Origin: a virus
Reading direction: 5' to 3' (one strand)
IMG/VR virus record: IMGVR_UViG_3300025699_000004
DNA length: 64,000 bases
Part shown: piece by piece, positions 58,901-64,000 of the stretch
How the letters are laid out: each line of letters opens with the position of its first letter
How positions within the stretch are numbered: the stretch's first letter is position 1
Made by a program: the position numbers and the translations under genes
The notes under the pieces: model-generated
The model's database searches: none
Told to the model about the DNA's origin: nothing
What the model saw: the letters and a program-made list of their open reading frames with translations, nothing else

Positions 58901-61746
58901 ATTAATTTTCCTGCAGCGCCGAGTCCTTTACCCAAGAAATCTCTATCTGATGTTTTTGGCTTCTGCCTTCTAAAAAGATTTCCTAATCCGTAATTAGGAA
59001 CATGACCTTGATTTGATATCTTATATGTATAATTCTCGCCTCCCCACATTCCATTTTTTTCACCGATATCTTTTCGGAATTGTAGATCTCCAGCCTTTTC
59101 CACTTTAAATTTCTTTCCCTTGGCTATGCTATCAACAACTCTCATTGCAGAAATAGAAGTTCCTATATCTCCATATAATCCAGTGTATCCATTTTTTCTT
59201 GAATATTCAGCCATATGCTCGTACAAATCTTTTCCGTAACCTTTTCCTCTTAAAGATGGGTTGGCTTCTGAAGTCATTATTACCTGTAATGCTCTTTTGT
59301 TTGGATCTTTAAAGTCGGCGATATCTATAACATGAGATGTTGCAAAATTTTTCCCACCCACACTGGACTCAAAATATACTTGCTTAGGAGGTCCGTACTC
59401 ACTTGGCCCATCATCTCTAACCTGGGTTTTATATTTAGCTGGAATTCTTGCGCTTGCATAATTAGGAACATAACCCCCGCTGTAAGGCATTGGCAATTTC
59501 CTCGAAGACCTTCTAGCTCCGTTTAATGACTCCACCATTCCATAAACTAAATCTCCGCTACCTCCCCAAGACTTAGGAACATTTGCTCCGAAATTTCTAA
59601 GGGCAGCGTTAACATCATGCCTCATTTGGTCTCCCTTTCCCACTATAAAATTTTTGTAAATTTTCTCCCTAATGGAATTCATTTCAGTGCCCGTTGCCAT
59701 AGCTGGGCCATACGAGTGCCAAGTGTCCTTTAATTGTTTGTTGGGAGCTACCTGAAGACCCATGGCTGTTTTTCCTCCATAAATCAATCCTCTTGCTATA
59801 TTAGCGGCACTTTCTGGAGAGTACCTCATGGCGGCATAGTTAGGAATGTGTCCCTGATTTGCATACGGATTAAACCCATGAACTTTTTTAAATGCTTTTG
59901 TATAATTTTTTCCAGCATTACTTCTTTTAGGAGGCATTATTGCTGGCTGCTTCATCCCAGGGAAAGCTCTTACCGATTCAGCTGTATTATAAACAACCCT
60001 ACCCTGACCAGGCATGTTCATCGATTTCACAGCTCCAGGATTATAGCCAGCTGATTTAGCTCCTGCTCTTTCTGCGGAAGCCTCTTCTTTAGACGGATAA
60101 CCCTTAACAAGATTAAAGTTAGGAATGTGCCCTTCGCTCCTTGTTCTTTTTAAATTTTGATTAAACCCAGCTCTCATTACCGCTGGCCCTATAGCCGCAG
60201 CTGCAGCTGCAATTTTTTGCTGTTCCATTGATTGAGCTCTCAAAATCCCCAATATAGTTTTTTCTTGCGCGGCTCGATTTCCTTCTTGCGATAATATTTT
60301 TTGTTGAAGAGCTGAATTCTCAGAAAGTACAGCAACAATTGTTTTTTGTATTTCTTTTTGTTTTTGAGCTACCGTTGTGATTCCCAAAAGCTCTTTCATA
60401 CTACCCGCTAAAAATGAAAATGTTTTTCCAAAAAGTTTAACTAACACACCTAAGAAACTAAGCATGACTGGGCCAGCCAACACATTTCCGATACCCTTGA
60501 TTAACCCTCTTCCTATATCAGCCCCGAAACCTTCACCTGCTGATAAAAATTCTGCAGCGTTACCAAAACCATCTTTAATTATATTTAGAAAGAATCTTAT
60601 GGGCTCATCAAAAGCTAGTTTACCCATTACTGCACCCAATTGTTCTATAGAAGTAACTGTTTGAGAAGTTAAAGCCGCTATAGTCTGATTAAGAAGTGCA
60701 TTTTTTCTATAAGCTTCATCTGTAGCTTGACTTGCTATTTTTGTAGCTCTAGCTAAAATACTATTCTCTTCAGATAAATCTTTGATTGCCGCTTTTAAAA
60801 TATTGATTTGAAAAACTCCACCTACTTGCTCGGCAACAGCCGCTTTCGTTGTGTCTGCTAATGTGTCGTATGTTTTTGATAAATTTTCTAAGACTCTTAT
60901 GGCTGGTAGCGTATTTCCAGCTATATCTCTAACTGCTATGCCAAGCTCTTCAAGCCTTTGGATGGTACTCGCTCTTTGCACCCTAGTAAATATAGTCTTA
61001 AAACTATTACCTATAACTTTACCTCCTCTAGCAGTTTGTTGTTGAGCTGCGGTAACGGCGCCTAACAGCTGATCGAAACTAACTCCAGCATCTTGAGCTA
61101 CAGCACCAGCTCTTGCTATACCATCAATTAAATCTTCTGTACTAACTGCAAATTGAACATCAACAGCAGCCATCTTACTTAATATTTTTGTCGAATCTAA
61201 TCCAGCTTTATTAAATGTATTAATTGCCGCAGTTAAACCAGAAACCGCATTTGCTGCATCTAAACCAGTTAGCCTAGTTAAAATCAGGGCATCGTTAGTT
61301 CTTTTTAAGGTTTCTTCCATTGATAAACCCTGCCTTGCCAATTCAGTAGCCGCAGTAGCTACAGTTGAAAAGCTTTGAGCTGTATTTTTAGCCACTTTGA
61401 ACAAACCTCTGCTCATTTCGTCAAGTTCTTTATTGGTTACTCCCATAACCACATTAATTTCAGCTAATTTCCTCTCGACTTCTACTGTAGATTTTATCAA
61501 AGCGGAGAAAGCTCGTTGTACACCCTGTATAATTCCAACAGATGCACCAAACGCTAAAACTCTGGCATTAGATGCATCTAGTGATTTATTAAATTCACTT
61601 ACAGACCCCGTTATTTTACCAAGAGGCCTTGTAAACTGTTTGTCGTTTACAGACAGGTTTAACCCTCCCCTTCTATTTACGCTACTTACAGCTTTTCTAA
61701 TAGAAGCTTCTAGGCCCGTTTGAACTGTTTGAACTTTTAATGGCAT
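49972..61746 (-). CDS. Tail tape measure protein (3,924 aa) with an internal array of motif-delimited cassettes
   Basis: N-terminal TP901-type TMP core (TAATELARQGLS...AVSTEDL...GNSFKTIFTR), Gly/Ala hydrophobic segments and C-terminal GGYVSGGSGVRDDVPAML..GEYV; lies between the tube and tip genes. Confidence 0.93.
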   Translation of the reverse strand: MPLKVQTVQTGLEASIRKAVSSVNRRGGLNLSVNDKQFTRPLGKITGSVSEFNKSLDASNARVLAFGASVGIIQGVQRAFSALIKSTVEVERKLAEINVVMGVTNKELDEMSRGLFKVAKNTAQSFSTVATAATELARQGLSMEETLKRTNDALILTRLTGLDAANAVSGLTAAINTFNKAGLDSTKILSKMAAVDVQFAVSTEDLIDGIARAGAVAQDAGVSFDQLLGAVTAAQQQTARGGKVIGNSFKTIFTRVQRASTIQRLEELGIAVRDIAGNTLPAIRVLENLSKTYDTLADTTKAAVAEQVGGVFQINILKAAIKDLSEENSILARATKIASQATDEAYRKNALLNQTIAALTSQTVTSIEQLGAVMGKLAFDEPIRFFLNIIKDGFGNAAEFLSAGEGFGADIGRGLIKGIGNVLAGPVMLSFLGVLVKLFGKTFSFLAGSMKELLGITTVAQKQKEIQKTIVAVLSENSALQQKILSQEGNRAAQEKTILGILRAQSMEQQKIAAAAAAIGPAVMRAGFNQNLKRTRSEGHIPNFNLVKGYPSKEEASAERAGAKSAGYNPGAVKSMNMPGQGRVVYNTAESVRAFPGMKQPAIMPPKRSNAGKNYTKAFKKVHGFNPYANQGHIPNYAAMRYSPESAANIARGLIYGGKTAMGLQVAPNKQLKDTWHSYGPAMATGTEMNSIREKIYKNFIVGKGDQMRHDVNAALRNFGANVPKSWGGSGDLVYGMVESLNGARRSSRKLPMPYSGGYVPNYASARIPAKYKTQVRDDGPSEYGPPKQVYFESSVGGKNFATSHVIDIADFKDPNKRALQVIMTSEANPSLRGKGYGKDLYEHMAEYSRKNGYTGLYGDIGTSISAMRVVDSIAKGKKFKVEKAGDLQFRKDIGEKNGMWGGENYTYKISNQGHVPNYGLGNLFRRQKPKTSDRDFLGKGLGAAGKLISTPFKDIGSLLKGGYNIADKGGDLIRRGIIGTAKGGYNAYTNIFEAGKHGLGKGFDLMKKFPRATLYGGGGGLGYKFQDQIMGAVGKYGPKALEMGGKLGKGVLDVFQNPTSHIDLISAVLGGALPASVLGLTLADDILRMNKTRKDNKVGSDLKAKGKHRGNLRIRDLPDDLQKVAIGMLRVKGGPNNFGSANNVPKAMLEKIGMSGGHIPNFARRGKGLPSQMNSDDKAMNTWLDEMNASLRNPGPKKYFTPKVSSGRSVGKRFRDLSPSMMEKAAMMYWKSGYMKPDRPIPPHLFPHTLIPKNMFGSLRIDKPGKWDMSTSEGFVPNFGMRLNANKIKSIGQGKIHSNKFDDTIGMKELDNILTTGLFKSLNYTSKAGNDLTYKNARWGVNKYKKGAPPPGNYVSYGEMDKATGTRSMWIGSTGEGADAFRKLKLNRIQSVVSQGKHLKVDPNMANSGFVPNYSAFHYDKNLPMSMPRTGDRISFLKALEFMPEQKLKQAMKMYVKEGIFDFKGSYPGMSMKDFQSNFPKGSSNTLGLDYLSNKRQGEILQNPDVMKSFFRYITGKSTSIGIESALTADEKKHFMSKHGMIPRVKSIDDGLIPGQKKKDRLSLIREDFLTAGASSPGSKSGSVQGYIQKAFKQTRGSGHVLDPSFRMNIPMAHLIRQNEAMAPKIPLGLPFDPERNLSNLDKRKRLFHNLSRSNPDVLTALSRLGNPGNPRAPGGSGGLALGSQYIDKDGNLKTVNNKFGATSGRFRGDEAITRRAVDSGLLRDIIGINQGASFGNSTGMSARDAVLGSALGKGGIASIKAQDLMEKENYSARRAATLAGVESDRINKIYKDLFEKKKQTGAPRGSGFDRNLFSQPLSARTRRKFGLKGDGHIPNYSLFGPGARDVLSTKPEFTNAVSNAVSREASFGVTPKVVTAPSLKSLTNPGLAVVNNEQEGGKLANARKLHGRLNPRQGSSKGVIPNYATPLTAQDFLANKRMAYKTNESMGLKSMEKSFYNASQAIDAATASSKKLKAEMQKAAISFGNTAKSAKEAEVRTQSSRGNLSDRNKGFARQLFRNDAAQAMMKDSRVGPLMSSVMSGGKLNEDMLKEKMVTAKASGDNTTLRALQNLNKTLDKSAKASMNSPKFLGQQLGSGIANQAAMNKVSDRVFGTKGYSKSDLNKVFLRDYLGQKGVNTEGMGTKAMNSVMMAGGRGAASDFSKFAASAGVTSSSGVLARGGLMKGEFGKLTTDQKGVRTTSTGFTRDLKSLEKAVADGNKKQIKSLTKGLQKEAARIAANPAAFKRLEAVRKEVVNAAQQQRAQPSGFAAKAQSHLARGNNIRAGFFGGMSGQGGMGSGIANRAGGLVTRGKGALGSFGKMGGMGGQLGLGLSFALPMLAGMVSPTRARDERATFNQQSGNFEITEGGDKERMSSTMMGAGIGALFGLPGMLVGAAIGFVSSSKKMTLSIDEIVQKQEKQLQLLSRSVQAGTQLEGLMGTRATAFGQGDEQGLKRIDAAINATLGQIADVEVFDEMSNAMGNADAMKNLNKRLQDRLSIDASIQNFSVATKNKDSKSQGLAFGNIVAQQISSGLLKEDKFKDAIAGIRNQRKELSSKGLLRTPEELEGIKRRASGDVGTFEGLGGWGLGIGAGIGLAVVGALAAIPTFGASLGLTAVGATMAAGASAGYAVGQYGEQEIAKTELEIIRDQEADAAQHLGKLAEAAALTDRQFQSLIAAYNKGDQSFDALLKSTEKTVEANLKMRKESEKLSGRIFNLDKAFATTIANLKQEAQIKSIRSAGVGQRQNSAIRFSSQFSGFQGSDIQKRMSRRTISSTEALRSSQIEANDLNSRAGFATKFQQKLKGTNLQITQQAAILNKVATEGFQVLRDQLNSGKITGTMDILGGAETPEARLEQINKMRKSFIGTPNGIRNNLKNRDDMSELRDLVALSDEQINKLTIKLADAAKAGVGGKFAQGAEFNLDFEKQTDDATIKVIQDIISVIDRQKELELEKIKVQQEALILQESQNIISARINELMTTQSMRMSFNASKEDNTIARAQAKSKLTQANLNFEKDGIFRSGSTRQENRRQTDIQEKIFKEQESIQGKELAARAKMEIRRLLSDQKVIFALNNLGSAVKDLLEPLTGKNPPNLDKKINLGLNETGLLKKKEAISKRTNIQKELNSSQKKANDTGSRKQFLGDMLNVDKQAFAKAEERYEAGKGQAIGPRRVTDLKTEMDKAEKDLKNTQAKLNASRVIDTSAREEVLRNKKKLRDAQKQVERVSTDPANQKVITLKDVQAEVDKVTREMMNPNGGINFKSTDAFAGKVEAISLDSMGLENSKNKLKELKTMSAKGGDSGEQLELQIDTAIEGIEALIIAEDAFKKANNLTLKNTNLKNKVADFRVMSGSRGSINRLNDLRDMDNVSAGRISSIDRIAKQAEAEKAFKVLQNDPGASRLEVQNARLAAGRQSIGTVKQRSSLIQMNKDFVSETKNFSDSAIGSEERRKAAEAMVSLEEQIVELTGQMERVTPRDGGFGNEFRTNMNLGLGQGFAALDSQAESIYVKLGQDLPFAFRDGLTSAMTLALNKADDLSGKIKEIGISLLQMVQQAFLQSASSRLVGGMQGLFGLGKAEGGYVSGGSGVRDDVPAMLMGGEYVIKKSAVQRYGSDFLNKLNNGEISGYAKGGPVSLSMSSPRAAVREAVVDESKYGDITTYKTKSADTGMDSRLSGYARANDRTIQEYFDEQENQFRQDLQTVKQRKSRDENYQRARTQKRKAWQGALLGIAGGVALSKGMDWYKNTDFSKSRARKGVTSQMDKKGFVNTKGNSIGKVYQNPDDVYSAKSFINRMAKQNPTQAAIAAQESGIKTSISKSGRVIYNSSGGKVPAMLQGGEYVMNPSAVNKYGSSTMSKINNGTLNTGSSGSSAQGVNNNNEVNINVNVDSSGSAKTSSGGSSPENPKKFAEKVKAAVLQVIQQEKRVGGSLR
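55972..60132 (-). repeat. Nine dispersed G-[HYFV]-[IV]-P-N-[FY] peptide motifs in the TMP
   Basis: 60115-60132 GHIPNF; 59836-59853 GHIPNY; 59458-59475 GYVPNY; 58990-59007 GHVPNY; 58258-58275 GHIPNF; 57907-57924 GFVPNF; 57502-57519 GFVPNY; 56233-56250 GHIPNY; 55972-55989 GVIPNY. Confidence 0.92.
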
Positions 61747-61769
61747 TATCCTTAATCCTTAAAATGGAT

Positions 61770-61774
61770 TACAC
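61770..61774 (-). promoter_or_regulatory. GTGTA putative late promoter of the TMP operon
   Basis: GTGTAATCCATTTTAAGGATTAAGGATAATG, immediately after the terminator. Confidence 0.45.
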
Positions 61775-61783
61775 CAAAAAAAC

Positions 61784-61813
61784 AAAAACCCGACTAATAA
61801 AAGTCGGGTTTTT
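61784..61813 (-). terminator. Intrinsic terminator after the major tail protein gene
   Basis: Perfect 12-bp inverted repeat AAAAACCCGACT/AGTCGGGTTTTT with a 6-nt loop, followed by GTTTTTTT on the minus strand. Confidence 0.85.
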
Positions 61814-61835
61814 GAAGTAATGTGGCGGGAAAAAA

Positions 61836-63398
61836 CTATTTCCTTGGAATAGCGACGTGATCAGGAATGTCCACTCTATTGGCTCCTGAAATAAATACGC
61901 CGTGAAGTTTATCTTCTGGACCACCGATTTGGGTGGTGAAAGATAAGTCTACAGATTTATTACTACCAATGTCAGAGCTGATAGATTCACTATCTATTCT
62001 CGCTCCTTTGAAATCAATAATCATTGAATCTGTCGCATCTCCGACTCCGCAACTTTGATTAGCTTTCATTTTAACTTTGACATCATATTCGTCACAAGCA
62101 TCAATGATTTTTGCCAAGTTAGCTTCGTTAACTTCAGAAACAAGAGCGGAAACACTCATTGTTGCAACAACTGGAAAGTCTACAACTCTAGAAAATGCGA
62201 ACCTAGTTCCCAATCTGTCGATAGGACTTCTTGAGAGAGGTAATGAAAGACTAAAGTTTTGAATGTGAACGGATCCGTCTCCGCTTACATCAGTAAATAT
62301 AGAAAGTCCTGTCGGAATTTGCAATTCAATATCACCAGGCCTTAAAGCGGTAGCAGTAACATCTCCCGTAGAAGGAGCCGCTCCTTCACCATCACCCCTT
62401 AGGGTTGAGTGATGACCTACAGAGAAATTAATTCCTGTAACTGGCTTTCCGTCATCAAGAGTAACAGCTGGAATTTCTTTTCCAGTCGTTCCAATATCTG
62501 ACTTCGCATTAAAAAGTTCAACCGTACTAGAGACCGAAGGAATAGACCCTACAGAAGCGTCTAAAGAATAATCACTAAGGAAACCATTACCCAATGAAAT
62601 AACACTTCTTTCTGAAACTGAGCGCGTTGTATTAAAAGCATCAGTTCCTTCAGGAGTAGTTAAAATAAAGAAATTTCTTCCAGCACCATCATCTTGAAGG
62701 TGTCCAGATGAAGCATTAAGAATTGCAGTTCCCATTCCAACTCCCTTATTAGCTGCTCCTTGAATGTAAAATCCAAGATTTCTTTCGTTAAATCCGTCTG
62801 TTGGATAATAAGTGAAATCAAGATTTACTGTGGGTGGCTCAAGAGCGATAGCATCAATTCTAGCAAGCTGACCAAAAGTATTAACATCAGTTCTATTGAT
62901 AGAGAAGCTATAATTCGCGCTTTGTACTCTATGAATTTGTTGAACTAAATTTTCGTAATCTCCACTTATTGCTGGTTGAAGCATTACGCCAGTTGTAGAC
63001 GCTCCAGCCCCCGCTGTTACTGAAGTATCAGCAAATGTCTCAAAGCTCGATTTTTTTGTGAACAGAGCTGCGTTTCCTTGGCCCGCTGCTGTTCCATTAA
63101 TAGCTTGAATCAAATTGAAACCAGGCATCGCAGCTTTTACCGCCCCACTTATATTAACTAAATCAAATTCTTCAGGGCTTGCGGTCAAACTAGTAGAAGG
63201 CGTAACGTCGAACTGCTTTGTTACTTGTGGGTCTTGAGTTAATCCAATAGGACTAACAGGCATAACTGCTGAATGCCACTCGTTCAAGCCTGGCCCACCC
63301 TTCCCAGTTAAGACTCCATTACATATGAAGTGCGCTCCTGTCGAATTAGGGCTAACGAATACCGCTTCACTTTGATATATTACTCTATTTCTTGCCAT
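61836..63398 (-). CDS. Major tail tube protein
   Basis: 520 aa directly upstream of the TMP, with its own terminator; two similar half-domains (RVQSANYSFSINR..., HIQNFSLSLPLSR...); has a paralog at 30886. Confidence 0.8.
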   Translation of the reverse strand: MARNRVIYQSEAVFVSPNSTGAHFICNGVLTGKGGPGLNEWHSAVMPVSPIGLTQDPQVTKQFDVTPSTSLTASPEEFDLVNISGAVKAAMPGFNLIQAINGTAAGQGNAALFTKKSSFETFADTSVTAGAGASTTGVMLQPAISGDYENLVQQIHRVQSANYSFSINRTDVNTFGQLARIDAIALEPPTVNLDFTYYPTDGFNERNLGFYIQGAANKGVGMGTAILNASSGHLQDDGAGRNFFILTTPEGTDAFNTTRSVSERSVISLGNGFLSDYSLDASVGSIPSVSSTVELFNAKSDIGTTGKEIPAVTLDDGKPVTGINFSVGHHSTLRGDGEGAAPSTGDVTATALRPGDIELQIPTGLSIFTDVSGDGSVHIQNFSLSLPLSRSPIDRLGTRFAFSRVVDFPVVATMSVSALVSEVNEANLAKIIDACDEYDVKVKMKANQSCGVGDATDSMIIDFKGARIDSESISSDIGSNKSVDLSFTTQIGGPEDKLHGVFISGANRVDIPDHVAIPRK

Positions 63399-63488
63399 GA
63401 CTTATCTTTTGTTAAATTTAAATTTTTGGTGGGTTACTGTAAATTACAACCAACATCACTTAATGTGAAATATTTAATTGCTTTTTTA

Positions 63489-64000
63489 TTAGCATATTCT
63501 AGGATATCTTAGTTTAGTTACCTCGAAATCTATAAAACCGACAAAGAGAGACGGAGATATTGTATTCCTTATTGTCTCACTTATCTTCGAAGTATTAACT
63601 CTTTCTATATTAAAAATATTTTGATTATGTCTATTTTGTAAGTTTTCATACAAATATATCCCGCTCTTTAAATCCCCATATTCATTTATAGGATGTTCGG
63701 CAAATGAAACATGTGGATATGCGATATCTCTAGAGTCAGCGAATAATGATAATACTCCATCTAATTGGTATAAATTTTCAGCAAAAACAACAGATTTGAA
63801 ATTTAATATAGTTTTATCTTCCCCTCCAAATGAAAAAGGTTTATTTTCTATATATTCATTATTTACGAAAATAGCAGGAGTTACGAAATCATAAGGTGGT
63901 ATTCCAGTTTCGACTACTGTAAATCTACTATTTGTATCGTATTTATTTTCTATAACTAAATTTTCTTCAGATTGATTAGTGTTATATATATTAAAATCTT
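63489..64000 (-). CDS. Hypothetical tail/neck region protein, start beyond the window
   Basis: Missing from the track. I read an open frame from the window end (DFNIYNTNQSEENL...PYDFVTPAIF...LYQLDGVLSLFADS...FIDFEVTKLRYPRIC*) to TAA at 63491->63489. Confidence 0.8.
   Translation of the reverse strand, partial: DFNIYNTNQSEENLVIENKYDTNSRFTVVETGIPPYDFVTPAIFVNNEYIENKPFSFGGEDKTILNFKSVVFAENLYQLDGVLSLFADSRDIAYPHVSFAEHPINEYGDLKSGIYLYENLQNRHNQNIFNIERVNTSKISETIRNTISPSLFVGFIDFEVTKLRYPRIC

Noticed and set aside
50611-61723. Many plus-strand ORFs of 60-180 aa opposite the TMP, and similar short ORFs opposite other long genes
   Set aside because: They are fully nested antisense to long genes, with no SD or promoter and no recognisable motifs.
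1-64000. Stop-codon reassignment (TAG or TGA), as seen in some large phages
   Set aside because: Conserved genes (nrdA, nrdB, gmd, J, TMP) are full length in the standard code, and TAG and TGA end genes at coupled junctions.
1-64000. tRNA, rRNA or structured ncRNA genes
   Set aside because: Intergenic gaps are short and AT-rich and I saw no cloverleaf or T-loop signature by eye. A tRNAscan-SE or Infernal run would be needed to exclude them fully.

Overview
This is a 64-kb segment of a large lytic tailed dsDNA phage genome: gene-dense, AT-rich and read in the standard code. No integrase, tRNA, rRNA or CRISPR array was seen. From left to right: (i) a Pro/Thr-repeat virion-type protein truncated at the window edge, plus hypotheticals; (ii) nrdB and nrdA, where NrdB has Val at the radical-Tyr position (class Ic-like, Chlamydia-type); (iii) a ~15-kb, 19-gene glycan synthesis and decoration island with no export or polymerase genes (gmd, fcl, two SDR epimerases, sulfotransferase, WbqC, PIG-L deacetylase, cytidylyltransferase plus GT29-like sialyltransferase, several GT2/GT4/GT8-like enzymes, three methyltransferases); (iv) a + strand operon with dUTPase, dNMP kinase, a sigma-like factor, SSB and a GT4; (v) accessory virion-type genes (LRR protein, tail-tube paralog, nested-repeat fibre, putative beta-barrel); (vi) a lambda-type tail tip (J, I, K, L, M-like), a 3,924-aa tape measure protein and the major tail tube protein. 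The best candidate for an undescribed system is inside the tape measure protein. Nine copies of a G-[HYFV]-[IV]-P-N-[FY] motif divide about 1,390 residues into eight unrelated cassettes, one with a GNAT acetyl-CoA-binding signature and one resembling an Sm/WYL-like domain, which suggests a modular payload of injected effectors. All family assignments come from motifs recognised by eye; no database searches were run.
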